This document shows, one piece after another, positions 44,794 through 56,905 of a DNA stretch of 64,000 bases. The DNA is taken from the NCBI GenBank assembly GCA_963755915.1, contig CAVWLP010000002.1, positions 288,001 through 352,000 of the forward strand, in the 5' to 3' direction. The translations under genes and the position numbers were made by a program. The DNA comes from an uncultured Phycisphaerales bacterium. GTDB lineage: Bacteria > Planctomycetota > Phycisphaerae > Tepidisphaerales > Tepidisphaeraceae. The notes under the pieces were generated by a model. The model saw nothing but the letters and a program-made list of their open reading frames with translations. It made no database searches and was not told the DNA's origin. Within the stretch, counting starts at the first letter, position 1; each line of letters opens with the position of its first letter.

Positions 44794-47144
44794 TTGACAA
44801 TTGCGTTCGTGGTTGCATTGATGGCGCCAGTAACGTCGCTTACGAGCATTGCTCGGAGATTACTTGCTCCCGTAACCACGGAAGTGCCTGCCAGTCTGAC
44901 AAGAGTGTTTCCATATTCTTTGTTGGCTACATCGAAGGATGAGTCACCGTTCAGCGGTAAAATAGGGTTGAGTTGAAGACCACTGTCCTGAGCGGTCTGC
45001 ACAAAGTTATAAGGATCGGTGCCAGCCACAGGCTCGCCGGTTAGGCCATTTGGTTGCGTTATATCGTAGCGAAAACCCATAACTGATTGGTCAGCTTGGG
45101 TGCCGATCGTGTTCTCGTACCAAGTCATCGGATAATCGTGGAAGGGTATGAGATTTATGGCTGTAGGCCCTTGAGTTAAAACCACGTTGACGGCGTTCGG
45201 ATATAAAAGTCCGAAGGCGGAAACGTAGTTTTCAATTGACGCAACGGGAGCAGTGGGAATTGCAGGTGCCCAGGTAGGTGGCGGTTCAACTATCAAGGCA
45301 GACTCCAGACTCGCGGCGTAATTAGCCGCCTCCGCTGCATCAAAAAGTGTATCTTGCACATGCGTTTCGGCGTGATCTTGCGAGTAAAACTCATTTATCG
45401 CTGTCGCATTTACCATCGTGCCGAGACTGTGCCCCAAATAATGGATAGGTAAGTCGTAGTTTGTCCCAAGGTACCCGAGCAATTGCGAGCCAAGCTCGGT
45501 TCCCTCGTTTGGAACATTATCCAAAGCTGTCGTAAGTCCAGGCAAAGATTCGCTAGTTCCCGCAACGGAACTCCAGTTCCAGGCGACGAGATTTACCGGA
45601 GTGCCAGCACCCGCGACATGTCCATTTATTGCCGAATTCATCAACGTCGCCATTTGGGAAGGCCATTGCGTTACGTCGTCTGAGTTCTCGCGCCAGCCAT
45701 GCGTTAGAACAATCGTCGGTTCATTGGGGTTGATATAGCCGGGATTAGTACTCGAAGTGCTTGCTGGATAATCAAAGGTACCGGTCTTCGGATCATATAC
45801 ATCGAGGCTCCCAAGGCTGGTAGCTGTCGGCGGTGGTGTGGTCAAAGAAGCGGGAGCACGCGCATTGGTCGTTTGTGTTGCTAAGCTGGGAATCAACTGA
45901 AATCCATTAATCGAGGCGGTATCATTGCTTCCGCCTTCAGAAGTGTTCGTGAGGCTGATTTCGCCTCCAACCGGACGAACGTTGTTGAATTCAACATAGT
46001 TACCGGTGACCCGAACGTTTGGATTGGTGTTGCTAGCGTTCGAAAAGGCTGGTGTGCCACCCGCGACCGCCTCGTCGGTTACATAGTAAGTGGTCGAACC
46101 GACTGTAATATTTGCATTCACCGATGCGGAAGCAGGGCTATCATTTTCAACATAGGCGACGAGAGTATAGTTCCCAGTTGGCACGTTGTTGAACGTATAC
46201 GTAGCAGTTTGACCGGGAACGGGTCCTTGATTCTGAGACGAATCAGGACCGGATTTGTCCTCACCGTGGAGCAGGATGCCATTGGGTGTCGAGCTGTCGG
46301 TATCGCTATTGTAGCCATCATTGGATATGTGCGTCAGAGTAATGCCAGTTGCCGCACCATCCGAATCAAAGAGGTCCTGCGTCGTTCCTGAGGTACCTGT
46401 GCTATTGTTCACGCTCACGGTATTGAAATCATCCTGGGGATCGACACCAGCAGTTTGGGTAAGACCCAGCTTTGGCCCTGCTTGAACGAACTGAACGCCG
46501 ATCGGTCCGGTCGGTGTAGAGACGGATGTTGAGCTGCCGACGTTCAACGTAAAGCTACCGACGTAATTAGTTATTCCGCTTGGCGTAGGGGTTGTGCTGC
46601 CAACCCGATCCAGGTTGTATACGGTTGGATCTGCCCAAGAGAAATCAGTGAGAGTAACCGGCGTACCATTTATGAGTGCCTTTAGGCTATTGGCACCGAG
46701 AACTGGATTAGGTGTATTTAATCCAAGCGTATTGTTGCTTCCATTCGGCCCGAAGGACGGCTCTGCACTCGAGGAAAGTTCCATGGGCGCAATGACTGAG
46801 ATATCGGGCGAAGTATCGCCATCAAAATATAGATTCATTGCCCAATCACTGTCATTGCCATTCGGTAAAGCGTACATCCAGAATTGATAAGAACCCGGTG
46901 CGAGAGATTCGTTGAGGGCTGTGGACGGGCTGGTTGCTGGGTTGATAAAGGGGGCATCCATCCCGGCATTTGGTGAGGTCAGATATAGATTCCAGGCGCC
47001 GCTGCCAAAATACTGGCTGTGGTCTGTGTCGAAGACATTTGTACCAGTCAATACAACCTGGCCAAGCATCGTTTCTGTGAGCGAAGGTAGCGTAAAAAGC
47101 AGGGCGACAGCAAGACCAATCAAACGGATCATTGAGCGACACAT
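44794..47144 (-). pseudogene. Large secreted protein with alpha/beta-hydrolase domain, 3'-truncated by the intron fragment
   Basis: Signal peptide; S/T/N-rich beta domains; IVLTHGW and YLGHSLG motifs; lower GC; last codons of the ORF are intron-derived. Confidence 0.75.
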
Positions 47145-47240
47145 CCCATCCTCCGATCTTCTTTGCCTTCCCAATAAGACGAGGGGAAATGCTAGATATA
47201 CCCTGTAGAGCTATATGCATCTTAACGGCATTTTGGGGCC

Positions 47241-47459
47241 GTGCAAGATAGATCAGTCAAGATTGTAGCGAGAATTGTCAGAAAGCTACGAAAAGAGCGC
47301 GGCTGGTCACAGGAGGAATTTGCGGCAAAATGCCATCTTCATCGCACGTACGTTGGAGCCATTGAGCGGGCAGAAGAAAATCTTACCCTTCGCACGTTGG
47401 ACAAGCTGGCAAAAGCTCTTAAGGTGCATCCGGCGGAACTTTTGCGAGAAACGAAGTGA
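47241..47459 (+). CDS. XRE-family HTH regulator
   Basis: VRKLRKERGWSQEEFA...HRTYVGAIERAEENLTL. Confidence 0.88.
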   Translation: MQDRSVKIVARIVRKLRKERGWSQEEFAAKCHLHRTYVGAIERAEENLTLRTLDKLAKALKVHPAELLRETK

Positions 47460-47517
47460 ACCGCTAGGCCGTCGCAAACCCTTCGCCCAAATTCGCAATT
47501 TAGCCGCCCCATTTGGG

Positions 47518-48260
47518 CTAAGCGAAAAGCGCATGATTACCGTCATGGACGACTGCACGTTTTGCCGGACCTATATGGTTTTGGTCAACGGTGCGACGTT
47601 CAGCATAGTCTATCGGGCGGGTCCAGATCGCGGCTAACGGATCAGCTTTAAGGGCTTCAAGTTGAGCGAGCCACACCTGCGTTGTAATGGGTGGCGTATT
47701 GTGAAGCAGCCGCAGCGCCAAGTTTCTCCGTCGATCGGCTGATTTACAGACCACGAGAACGCGAAACGGGAATTCTTTGTATTTATCCGGTGTGCCGCCG
47801 AAGCGGACCGCGAGTCCCCCGGTGCGGTAAAAGTCCATGTAGCAGTGAGCCCGTTGGGCGAGAACTTCCAGTGTCTCGGTGGAACGATCGACTTCCAGAA
47901 AAAACATATGTTCGGACAGTCCCCCATCAGGTTCAGTCTCATGAATGCGAATGAAGCCGTCTGGTCTTACGGTTACCCGTTCTCCTTTTGGCTGGCAGGC
48001 TCTGAAATGGTACAAGACGGGCCACGTTGAAAACTCCGCGACTCGAAATTGGGTCGTTCGATTCATCGCGTTGATGATGGCCGCTTTCACGTCCATCACC
48101 TCAAGTTCATGGCGGACGGTCAGATCGCCAACCTGGGCTCGCTTCTCAAAGTTGTTCGGGCCAATCGCTGGATAATCCGTAATGTGACCGTTCTCGCGCA
48201 AGAATCGAAACGCCTTGAGTGTCAGAAAGAGAACGGATGGATCGGATACTGAAGCGTCGG
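47518..48260 (-). pseudogene. Replication-relaxation (Replic_Relax) family protein, N-terminally truncated
   Basis: HELEVMDV, RPDGFIRI, FFLEVDRST and FRVLVVC motifs; no clear start. Confidence 0.7.
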
Positions 48261-49791
48261 TCCCTTTAGTGGCAGAGTTGGTGGCGCTTCGCCTGCCCAT
48301 TGCGGCGGGTTGAGCCCATCATCATCCCATACGTTCACGGCGTAGTCCGTGCTCCTCATATATTCCATCGATGGGAATGATCGCCCCCTATTGCGGTCGG
48401 GATCAGGAGAAGAAGGATGCGGTCTGCGGCGCGGAGGGATTGAATTTCTGTCGGACATGCCAACCTCCTATGTTGGAGGCCGTCACCCGAACTGAAAGGA
48501 AATGCTTGCGCCAACGTCCTGCGTATGGCAATATAACGCAAGTTCTTTGCCGGGCAGAGAGTTATGATCTCTATCCGGCAGGTTCGGGGATAGCCAGTTT
48601 ATCTACCGAATCAGCCCTCGCTCCACACCATTTCGGGAGCGGGGGCATTTTCGATTTCGAATGAGCTTAGGGTTGCCGTATATGGTGCATCAATGCAAAA
48701 GTTGTGCATCGGCGATGCATCGATGCACTCGACGGACTTCGAGGGAGTGAAGAGATGAAATCACGGGATAAGCTAGAATTTGTCAAAGCCGAGACGTTGG
48801 ACGAACAGATACGCGCAGCGATCCGCGAGCACGGCGGAAATTTGAAGACTTGGTCAAAAGCGGCGAGCAAAATACCGGATTTCCCGAAGTTGAGAACGCT
48901 CCATCTTTGGAGAGGAGCCGACGGCTACCGCGACTCACGCAACGTTTCAGCATTGAGATTGGCACTTCGGTTACGCCCGATTTAAAGTGGGTTCCCGTTA
49001 CCAACATTTGCTTCACAATCCCTTCTACTACGGGGTTTTCGTCTGGAAGGGGGAAATGTACGAAGGCACGCATCCTCCTCTCATCACCAAGGATCTCTTC
49101 GACAAGGTTCAAGAAGTAATGACTCGTCGCAGCAAACCCACGCCTATCCGCCTCAAAACCTACGTCTATCGCGGATTGTTCCACTGCGGCGAGTGCGGCT
49201 GCGCCATCACCATGGAGACGCAAAAGGGTCATAACTATCTGCGATGCACCAAAAAAGTGTCGCCTTGTTCACAGCCATACCTGCGGGAGGAAGCTATGAC
49301 GACGCAAATCATCACCGCCCTCACAACTGCATCACTCGCCGATGATCTCGCCGATTGGCTCATTCGCGAACTCAACGCCCGCCAAGAAGACGCCGCGAAG
49401 GCATGCGAAACGACAAAAGGAACGATCAAGCGCGAGATCGAGAACATTGACAAGAAACTAGATCGCCTCACGGCGGCATACCTCGATTCAGGAGCATTTA
49501 GCGCCGCCGAATTCCGCAAACGAAAGGACGAAGGCATCAATCGCAAGCGGAAACTCCTAGACGACCTGGCCACTCTTGACCGTCAACGCAATTTGCGGTT
49601 CGAACCGATCACTCGGTTCGTAAATGGCTCCAAACAAATGAAATACGTCGCCGCACGCGGTGATTCCACGGAACTACGGGCGGAAATGCAAAAAGTCGGC
49701 TCGAACCTCCAGGTTCGAGACAGAAAGCTGCACTGGACTCCCCGTGGTGCCTGGAAACTCGTTGTAGATAAAGGTTCCTTTGCCCACGTCA

Positions 49792-49821
49792 ACGCCGCGC
49801 GTGAAATTTCACGCGCGGCGT
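49792..49821. repeat. Perfect 30-bp palindrome downstream of the tRNA
   Basis: acgccgcgcgtgaaa|tttcacgcgcggcgt. Confidence 0.8.
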
Positions 49822-49853
49822 CTTGTGTTAAAACTCGCCTCTATCCCAACGAG

Positions 49854-49938
49854 TCCGGGCGGCGGGAGTCGAACCCGCACGGGCATTTCTGCCCAACGGA
49901 TTTTAAGTCCGTAGCGTCTGCCATTCCGCCACGCCCGG
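49854..49938 (-). tRNA. tRNA-Leu(UAA), CCA not encoded
   Basis: Acceptor CCGGGCG/CGCCCGG-A; D-loop TGGCGGAATGGCAGAC; anticodon loop CTTAAAA; long variable arm; GGTTCGACTC. Confidence 0.96.
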
Positions 49939-50099
49939 TTCGGGCGGGATTATCTTGATTTGTGCGAACTTTTGCCAATCGGCTGGCAGCGGCTTCCACG
50001 CCCCCGTATCCACAAAACTCCCGGGATCCGTGCATCACCACTCAAAAACGGCCCGATACGGCCAATCGCTTCGCGCACCGCGAATGAGCGGATGGGGCC

Positions 50100-51070
50100 C
50101 TATCGCCGCAGCATCACCAGGGCGAAGGTGCCGAATATGATGCAATACCACCCAAACGGCCCCAGCCGGTGGTGGCGGAAATAGCGCATCAGGAAGCGGG
50201 TGCTCAGATAGGCGCAAAGGCCGGCCACCAGCGCTGATACGATTGTCTCGGGGAGCATATGTCGGGCGGCGGGCTTCAGGAGGGACGGGACCTTGAGGAC
50301 GCCGCCAGGCCGATCACGGGCGTGGCGAGCATGAAGGAAAACCGGCAGGCCTGCTCGTAGCTGAGCCCCGCCAGCAGCCCGGCGGCGATCGTCACGCCGC
50401 TGCGGGAAATGCCTGGCACCAGCGCCAGCGTTTGGGTCGCGCCGATGGAGCCGCCTTCGATCAGGGTTAAATCTTCGGCGTTTCGGCGCTGGCTGGCGGG
50501 ATCTTCGGCCGGGTCGCGCTCGTCATCGGCTACGGCTTCGCCGGCGGCGGCGCCAGTGGCCATTTCTGTGGAATCGCCGGTCGGCTCCGGCGCGGCGAGG
50601 GGCGTCTTTTCCTGCTCGCTGGTGCGTCGCTTCAGGACGTCGGCCATCAGCATGACGAAACCGTTGAGAACGAGCACGGCCGCCACGATCCATGTCTTGC
50701 TGGGGTCTTCGAAGAGTTCTCTCAGTTTCTTTTCAAAAACCAGCCCCAGCGCGCCGACGATGACCGTTCCGGCGATCAGGAGCCAGGCGAATTTGCTGGC
50801 GGCGTCGTGGATGAGCTTTCCCTTTTGGAATCCGGCGAAGAGGCCGGCGAGCACATCTTTCCAGTCTTTCCAGAAATAGATGAAGAGCGCGATGGCGGTG
50901 GCGAGGTGAAGGGCGACGACAAAGGCGAGAAAATCCGGCCGCTCACGGCTGCCCAGGTCCCAGCCCAAGAGGGCCGGCAATAATATCGTCTGCGCCAGGC
51001 TGCTGACCGGAAACAGCTCGGATATTCCCTGCAATGCTCCTAAAAAGACCGCTTGCCCGAAAGTCATCAT
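50100..51070 (-). CDS. uppP: Undecaprenyl-diphosphate phosphatase (frameshift near 50300)
   Basis: QGISELFPVSS, PGISRSG and RFSFMLATP motifs. Confidence 0.93.
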
Positions 51071-51344
51071 GGAGGAAAGGGTAAGGGAGTGGGGGTGGGA
51101 ATGCCAAATTCGAAGTGGGGCATCCGGCCCCGCGGCATCCAGCCTTCGCGGGTACCGCTCGGAGGCTGGACGCTTCTGCGGCGTATTCGCCGACTACGGC
51201 CCGGAGCCGTCCGCGGCTCCGCCTCCGGCGGAACGGCCTCCGGCCTTAAAAATGCGGAGTACCGCTCCTCGCCTCCGGCTGCGGGGCATTTGGCAATCGG
51301 CGGTCGGCGTTTTATTATGGGATTGCCGGAAAGCAGGATCGCCC

Positions 51345-52398
51345 ATGGTCCTTCAAATACTACGAGCCCTGTTCGTGCTGCTGATGGCCGCCATCGGCTA
51401 TTACTTCCTACAGGAACAGGTCGATTTCCTCGGCATCAGCGCCGTGGCTGATGCTGATGATCACGCTATGCATCGGCGTGCTGGTGGTCTGCATCGACAT
51501 TCTTTCACCGCGAAGAAAACTGGCCATCTTTTCCGGGACGTTTCTGGGGCTGATCGTGGGGATGCTGATCAGCTATGGGTTCAGCTTTATCGTGGCGCTG
51601 CTGGTGGAGCGCTATCTGCCGGATGCGTCGAAGGACCAGGCGGCCGCGATCACCAATTATCTTAATATCGTCATCGCGGTCGTCTTTACCTACCTGGCGA
51701 TCAGCTTCATTCTTCAGACCAAGGACGATTTTCGGTTCATCATTCCCTACGTGGAGTTTTCGAAACAGACGAAGGGTTCGCGGCCAATCCTGCTGGATAC
51801 GAGCGTTTTGATCGATGGCCGCATCGCGGATATCGCCGAGACGGGGATCATGGAGAGCCGGCTGATTGTGCCGCGGTTTGTGCTGGCGGAGCTTCAGACA
51901 ATCGCAGACAGCCCCGACAAGCTCAAGCGCAACCGCGGCCGGCGGGGGTTGGATGTGCTTCAACGGCTCCAGAGCAACAAGCGCACGGAAGTGATTATGT
52001 ATGATTCCTCCGCTCGCGATGCGGGGCCGGAAGATGTGGATGCGAAGCTGATGAACCTCGCGGGGGAGCTGAATGCGCGGGTGCTGACCAATGATTTTAA
52101 TATGAACAAGGTCGCCAGTTTGCGGGGGGTGGACGTGGTGAACATCAACGACCTGGCGAATGCGCTCAAGCCGGTGGTGCTGCCTGGGGAGCGGATGACG
52201 GTGAGATTGCTGAAGCCGGGGGAATCGCCGGGGCAGGGAGTGGGGTATCTGGTGGATGGCACGATGGTGGTCGTCGAACAGGGTCGGCCGCATTTGAATG
52301 AAGAGATTGAGTTCACGGTGACGAGCGTTTTGCAGACGAGCGCGGGGAAAATGATTTTTGGACGGCTGCCGCATGAGGCGCCTTCGAAAGTTTCGTGA
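51345..52398 (+). CDS. Membrane PIN/TRAM protein, YacL-like (frameshift near 51445)
   Basis: LLDTSVLIDGRI, RGRRGLD, QGVGYLVDGTMVVVE and QTSAGKMIF motifs; upstream of ispD. Confidence 0.93.
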
Positions 52399-52508
52399 GA
52401 GCGGCGGGGAAAAAAAATTCTGGTGGGCAGGCCTTCGGTACAAAAGGTAACAGTCCGCAACAAGCTGGGGATTTTGGGGAAATTGGGCGGGGGGAATTGC
52501 CGATTTCG

Positions 52509-52531
52509 GTTCGACTGAGCTCACCAAAGTC
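52509..52531. repeat. 23-bp small dispersed repeat inside an ATTGCCG heptamer array
   Basis: gttcgactgagctcaccaaagtc. Confidence 0.7.
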
Positions 52532-52564
52532 CGATTGCCGATTGCCGATTGGGGGCGGGTGATT

Positions 52565-53251
52565 ATGCCTTTATTCAGCGTCATTCTTCCGGCTGCGGGG
52601 CGCTCGGTGCGTTATGGGGGCGCGACCAGCAAACTGCTCCAGGAGCTCGCGGGGCGGCCGGTGCTGGGGTGGACGCTGGGGGCGTTCGCGCAGCGCGAGG
52701 ATGTGGGGCAGATCGTCGTTGCCACCAGCGATCCGGCGGTGGCGGAGGCGTGCGAGAAAGCAGTCGAGGGAGCAGCGGCGAAAAAGCTGCTGATCGTCGC
52801 GGGCGGGACGTGCCGGGCGGATAGCGTGCGGCTCGCTGCACTGGCGAGCAGCGATTCGATTGAATGGCTGGCCGTCCATGACGCGGCCCGGCCGCTGGTT
52901 TCGCAAGGTTTGATCGACCGCGTTTTTCGCGGTGCCCTGGATCACGGCGCCGCCGCGGCGGCGATGGCGGTGGGGTTGACTGTGAAGCAGGCGACGGGGC
53001 CGCTGCCGGCGAAGGCGAGGCAGACGCTGCCCCGGCATGAGCTTTGGGCGATGCAGACGCCGCAGGTGATGAGAAGGGGGGAACTACTGGAGGCGTTTGA
53101 GAAATGTCCGCTGCCGCTCGATCAGGTGACGGATGATGTGCAGTTGCTGGAGTTGATGGGGAAAGATGTCTGGCTGGTGGAGGGGGAGGAGAGGAATTTG
53201 AAGATTACCACGCGGGTGGATATGCAGATTGCGGGGGCGATTTTGAAGTGA
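52565..53251 (+). CDS. ispD: 2-C-methyl-D-erythritol 4-phosphate cytidylyltransferase
   Basis: PAAGRSVR, VHDAARP, QTPQ, TDD and NLKITT motifs. Confidence 0.93.
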   Translation: MPLFSVILPAAGRSVRYGGATSKLLQELAGRPVLGWTLGAFAQREDVGQIVVATSDPAVAEACEKAVEGAAAKKLLIVAGGTCRADSVRLAALASSDSIEWLAVHDAARPLVSQGLIDRVFRGALDHGAAAAAMAVGLTVKQATGPLPAKARQTLPRHELWAMQTPQVMRRGELLEAFEKCPLPLDQVTDDVQLLELMGKDVWLVEGEERNLKITTRVDMQIAGAILK

Positions 53252-53485
53252 GCGGATACCCGGTACATCCTGGTGACCGGCCGAGCACTCTTAACTTCGA
53301 ACACAAATCGGGTGTCTTTTTTTTCAAAGGCAAATACAAATGCAATGCAGGAGGGGCGAGGGGACACCATATAAGGCCCCAAAAGTTTTCCCCTCGCCCC
53401 TCCCGCACCCTCCCCACTCCCCTTCCTTTTCCCCTCAACGCTGGCGGAAAATTCGGGCGGGCAAACCGGTCGGTGACGGTGTGAG

Positions 53486-53841
53486 TTAGCCAGGAACCGT
53501 GATTTTTTTGGCTGGGACGGTGCCGCATTCGGGACAGCGGTCTGGCGTGCGCGCAGGTCGTAGCCGCACTTGAGACAAATGTCCGAATTCTCCCGCAGTC
53601 TGAGGCGCCGGCGTTTGCGCCAGTCAATTGCCCAGATCGCCGGCAGAACCCCCGAACCGAGGGTCCACAAATCCAATCCCCTCAGGAACTGGTCCTGATC
53701 TGAACGTATGATCGGAAGTTGAAAGCTGCCCGTCCTTAGGAAGGAACTCCATCTGCAATAAAGTATCACTGACTGAAGGATTAGGAATATCAAGAAGAGG
53801 ATCAGTGAACATGCGCTAAGCGTGTGGAACGTCAACCGCAA
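53486..53841 (-). CDS. Membrane protein with C-terminal CxxCGYDLRA..RCPECG zinc ribbon (frameshift)
   Basis: Two TM segments; CLKCGYDLRA, then PDRCPECG in another frame. Confidence 0.65.
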
Positions 53842-54015
53842 CGGTGATGTTTGCGCCGGACGGGTGAGGGCGATTAGGCCGCATCAATTACATTTTATCG
53901 TGATGGCTTGAATAGCCGTAGCGAATTTTGAATCATTCTTGAAGGTAGTTCACGGCTGCGCCAGAGGATTTGGGAGTTATTTGCGGCCCTCACCCGCGCG
54001 GGCTTTCGCCCGCTT

Positions 54016-54044
54016 GCCCTCTCCCGGCGTACCGAGAGAGGGGG
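54016..54044. repeat. Palindromic repeat family A (partial)
   Basis: ccctctcccggcgtaccgagagagggg. Confidence 0.75.
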
Positions 54045-54179
54045 AAATGCGCGCCGCCGGCGTACGAATCTTGTCACCAATTTTGAATCCGCCTGGTCCA
54101 ATAACAGTATTAACGCAAATCGAATATGCCCGTTGGCGGCCATCTCCCGATGAACCCCGACACTCGCCAAAGGGATTTC

Positions 54180-54839
54180 ATGAAGCTCGCGAAGATCATG
54201 TGCGCCGTAATCGGTGTCGTTATTCCAGCCTTATCAGCTTCCGCCCAGTCAATTGATGTCACGGTGCCTGGCTTGTCTGGTCCGTGGTTATGGCAAAGTG
54301 GCGGTCAAAATTCGTCCTACTCATACAGCGTTGGCGACGAATCCGCTCCCACAGTGGTTACGGATGTCGGCAGCATTTCCATAGCGCCGGCGCAGCAATT
54401 GACGATTGCTTACCTGAGCGGCACAGAGTCGGCGGGACCGACGTGGCCGTTCGTTACGGCTCAGGGTGATACGAGCGTCGTCATCAATAACAATCCCGAT
54501 TACAACGGCACCGGCCCATTCCCCAGCTTCTACATGCCGACCGGAGACTACCCGGTTTACATATCCGAGCTTGTTGGGACATTCGCAGATTCAAGCGGCG
54601 ATATCGTGGGCCTTCCGTTCCCTATCGGCCTCTCGGCGGAGGTAACTGTGCCGAGCGGTGCTTCACAATTACAGCTTGGCGTGAACGATGGCTTATATAG
54701 CGACAACGTCGGTGGATTCAACGTGCAGGTTTCGGAATCGACAGTGCCGGAACCCGCGTCATTTGTGCTGGTCAGCGTTGCTGGGTTTGGGTTGATGGCA
54801 CGCAGGGAGATCGCGCCGCGCGAGAAAGTAGAGCAGTAG
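54180..54839 (+). CDS. PEP-CTERM protein
   Basis: Signal peptide; LQLGVNDGLYSDNVG; VPEPASFVLVSVAGFGLMARR. Confidence 0.88.
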   Translation: MKLAKIMCAVIGVVIPALSASAQSIDVTVPGLSGPWLWQSGGQNSSYSYSVGDESAPTVVTDVGSISIAPAQQLTIAYLSGTESAGPTWPFVTAQGDTSVVINNNPDYNGTGPFPSFYMPTGDYPVYISELVGTFADSSGDIVGLPFPIGLSAEVTVPSGASQLQLGVNDGLYSDNVGGFNVQVSESTVPEPASFVLVSVAGFGLMARREIAPREKVEQ

Positions 54840-54977
54840 AGAAAAGCATGTCGTCCCTGCCGCACCCTCCTCACTCCCCGCGCTGCGCGAGAGAGTTGAG
54901 CAGTGGACAGTAGAGCAGTAGAGAAATAGCAATGCGGGGGATAGATAATTGGGTGGGGAGAAGTCCAATTTTCAGTC

Positions 54978-56239
54978 TGACCTTCCCCACGTTCGGTGGG
55001 CGCGGCCAAATCGTCAGTTCAGGCTGGCCTCGAACGCTTCGGGGCTTTGGTAGCCTATCGCCGAGTGACGTCTCTGGCGATTGTAAAACACTTCAATGTA
55101 CTCAAAGATCGAACGCCGAGCCTCCGCTTGCGTTGCGTAGTGCTCGTGATAAATGAGCTCCGTCTTCAGCGTGCTGAAAAAGCTCTCCATCACCGCGTTG
55201 TCGTAGCAATTGCCGGTGCGGCTCATGCTCCGCTCCATCCCATGCTCCGCCAGCATCTGTCGATAAGTCTCGCAGGCGTATTGGACACCGCGATCGGAGT
55301 GGTGCAGCAAACCTCGCTCCGGTCGGCGATGTGTCAGCGCCATCGATATCGCTTCCAGACACAGCTCACTTCGCAGATGATCGGCCATCGACCAGCCGAC
55401 TATTTTCCGACTGCACAGGTCGATCACGGCCGCCAGGTATAGGAATCCTTCATCCGTCGGAACGTAGGTGATGTCGCAGCACCACTTGCGGTTGGGCGCC
55501 TCAGTTGCGAACTGGCGGTCCAGCACATTGGCCGCGACCGGCTCATCGTGATTCGAATCGGTGGTATGGACGACGAATCGCCGGCGAATCCGCGATTGCA
55601 ATCCGGCCTGTTTCATCAGACGCGCCACCGTGTTCACGCAGACGCTCACCTGCCGATCCGCCAGCTCCGCGTGCACCCGCGGGCTGCCGTAGGTATAGCG
55701 ACTCTCCTCATGAACCTCGCGGATCTTCTCAGTCAGCTCTTCCCGGCGCTTGTGCCGCGGGCTGGCTGGACGTTTCAGCCAGGCGTAATACCCGCTGCGG
55801 CTGACTTCCAGCGCATCGCACAATGCGGCCAGATCGAACGGGTCCCAATGTTCTTTGATCCAGGCGAATCTCATGGGTTCTGGCTGGCGAAGTAGGCCGT
55901 CGCTTTTTTTAAAATCTCCTTCTCGGTTTCGACCCGCCGCAATTGCTTTTGCAACTCGCGGATGCGGGCCTTGAGCAGCGTCGGATCGTTGGTGTCTGGA
56001 AACGCGGGCTCCTCAGCCGCGGGCTTGATCAGTCCACGTTTTTTCATCCAGTGATGCACGATGTGCACCGGAAGGCCCAGTTCCTGGGCCGCTTTCCTTT
56101 GTGTGTAGCCTTGATCGGTGACGAGTTTGCAGGCTTCGTCCTGAAACTCCCTGGAATAATGTTTGCGTCCCATGGCAATTCGCTCCTTCAGCCGGATTAT
56201 CCGGCTTCAGGCCGCGCCCACCAAACGTGGGGAAGGTCA
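54978..56239 (-). mobile_element. IS3-family insertion sequence
   Basis: About 30-bp TIRs TGACCTTCCCCACGTT...; 3-bp duplication GTC. Confidence 0.95.
55014..56173 (-). CDS. IS3 transposase orfA (55871-56173) / orfB (55014-55874)
   Basis: ILKKATAYFA with an A7 slippery site; WCCDITY, HSDRGVQY and DNAVMESFF motifs. Confidence 0.95.
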
Positions 56240-56320
56240 GTCTGGGAGTTTTGCGTTTGCGATTCCGCCGGTGAGGACACCGGCGGCACTTGATGGACGG
56301 AAAATAGGCGCACGCGTGCG

Positions 56321-56479
56321 GAGAAATGTTCGGTGCCGCTGGATCAGGTGATGGATGATGTGCAGTTGCCGGAGCTGATGGGGAAAGAGGTTTGGCTGGT
56401 GGAGGGGAAGGAGAGGAATTTGAAGATGACGACGCCGACGGACGTTCAAGTGGCGAACACGCTGCTGAGAAACGGGTGA
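56321..56479 (+). pseudogene. Diverged duplicate of the ispD 3' end
   Basis: EKCSVPLDQVMDDVQLPELMGKEVWLVEGKERNLKMTTPTD aligns to 53099-53251. Confidence 0.85.
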
Positions 56480-56486
56480 TTTCTGC

Positions 56487-56792
56487 TCAATTTATGTGAT
56501 CGGAAATATATTGCATTAAGACAATGATGGTGACTGCCCAACCTATGGAGGCCAGCATCCCTACCAAAGCCAGGCTGCGTCCGCGTCCGTTTTGCGGTTC
56601 GCCCAATCGAACATGTATGATTGCGCAATTTATAAAGGCAATTAAGCCGAGGATCACGGCCAGAAACTGTCCCATCATGAAGGCCCCGTAGCCAAAGTCC
56701 GGCATCAGACCGAAACGGGCGATCAATAGTGTGACTGGGCCGCTGCATAAGCCAACAGTGAGGGCGGCAATGGCGGAGCCACTGAAGGGCAC
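56487..56792 (-). CDS. DUF4190-like membrane protein
   Basis: LAVILGLIA...GRGRSLALVG; three TM segments. Confidence 0.6.
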   Translation of the reverse strand: MPFSGSAIAALTVGLCSGPVTLLIARFGLMPDFGYGAFMMGQFLAVILGLIAFINCAIIHVRLGEPQNGRGRSLALVGMLASIGWAVTIIVLMQYISDHIN

Positions 56793-56905
56793 ACGCTTTC
56801 CTTAATCGAGTTGAATTCGCTGCTTCACGGGGAGCATTGTATCACTCCTACCTAATCGACGGCCTTGAGGCGTTTGCAGGATAAAAGCGTTTTCGCGCCG
56901 AGGCG

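Larger units (their letters stand above)
44794..49853. mobile_element. Decayed integrative element at the tRNA-Leu 3' end
   Basis: Lower GC; recombinase remnant abutting the tRNA; Replic_Relax remnant; XRE gene. Confidence 0.7.
48987..49958 (+). pseudogene. Large serine recombinase C-terminal half
   Basis: NPFYYG...GTHPPLIT..LFDKVQ; CGECG zinc ribbon; coiled coil; catalytic domain absent. Confidence 0.85.

Noticed and set aside
44611-44976. Apparent duplicated gene [10 protein letters not shown] (also at 56996)
   Set aside because: It is the antisense reading of the duplicated intron segment.
48704-48985. Small ORF inside the island
   Set aside because: No recognisable motif and it lies among decayed fragments, so it was not called.
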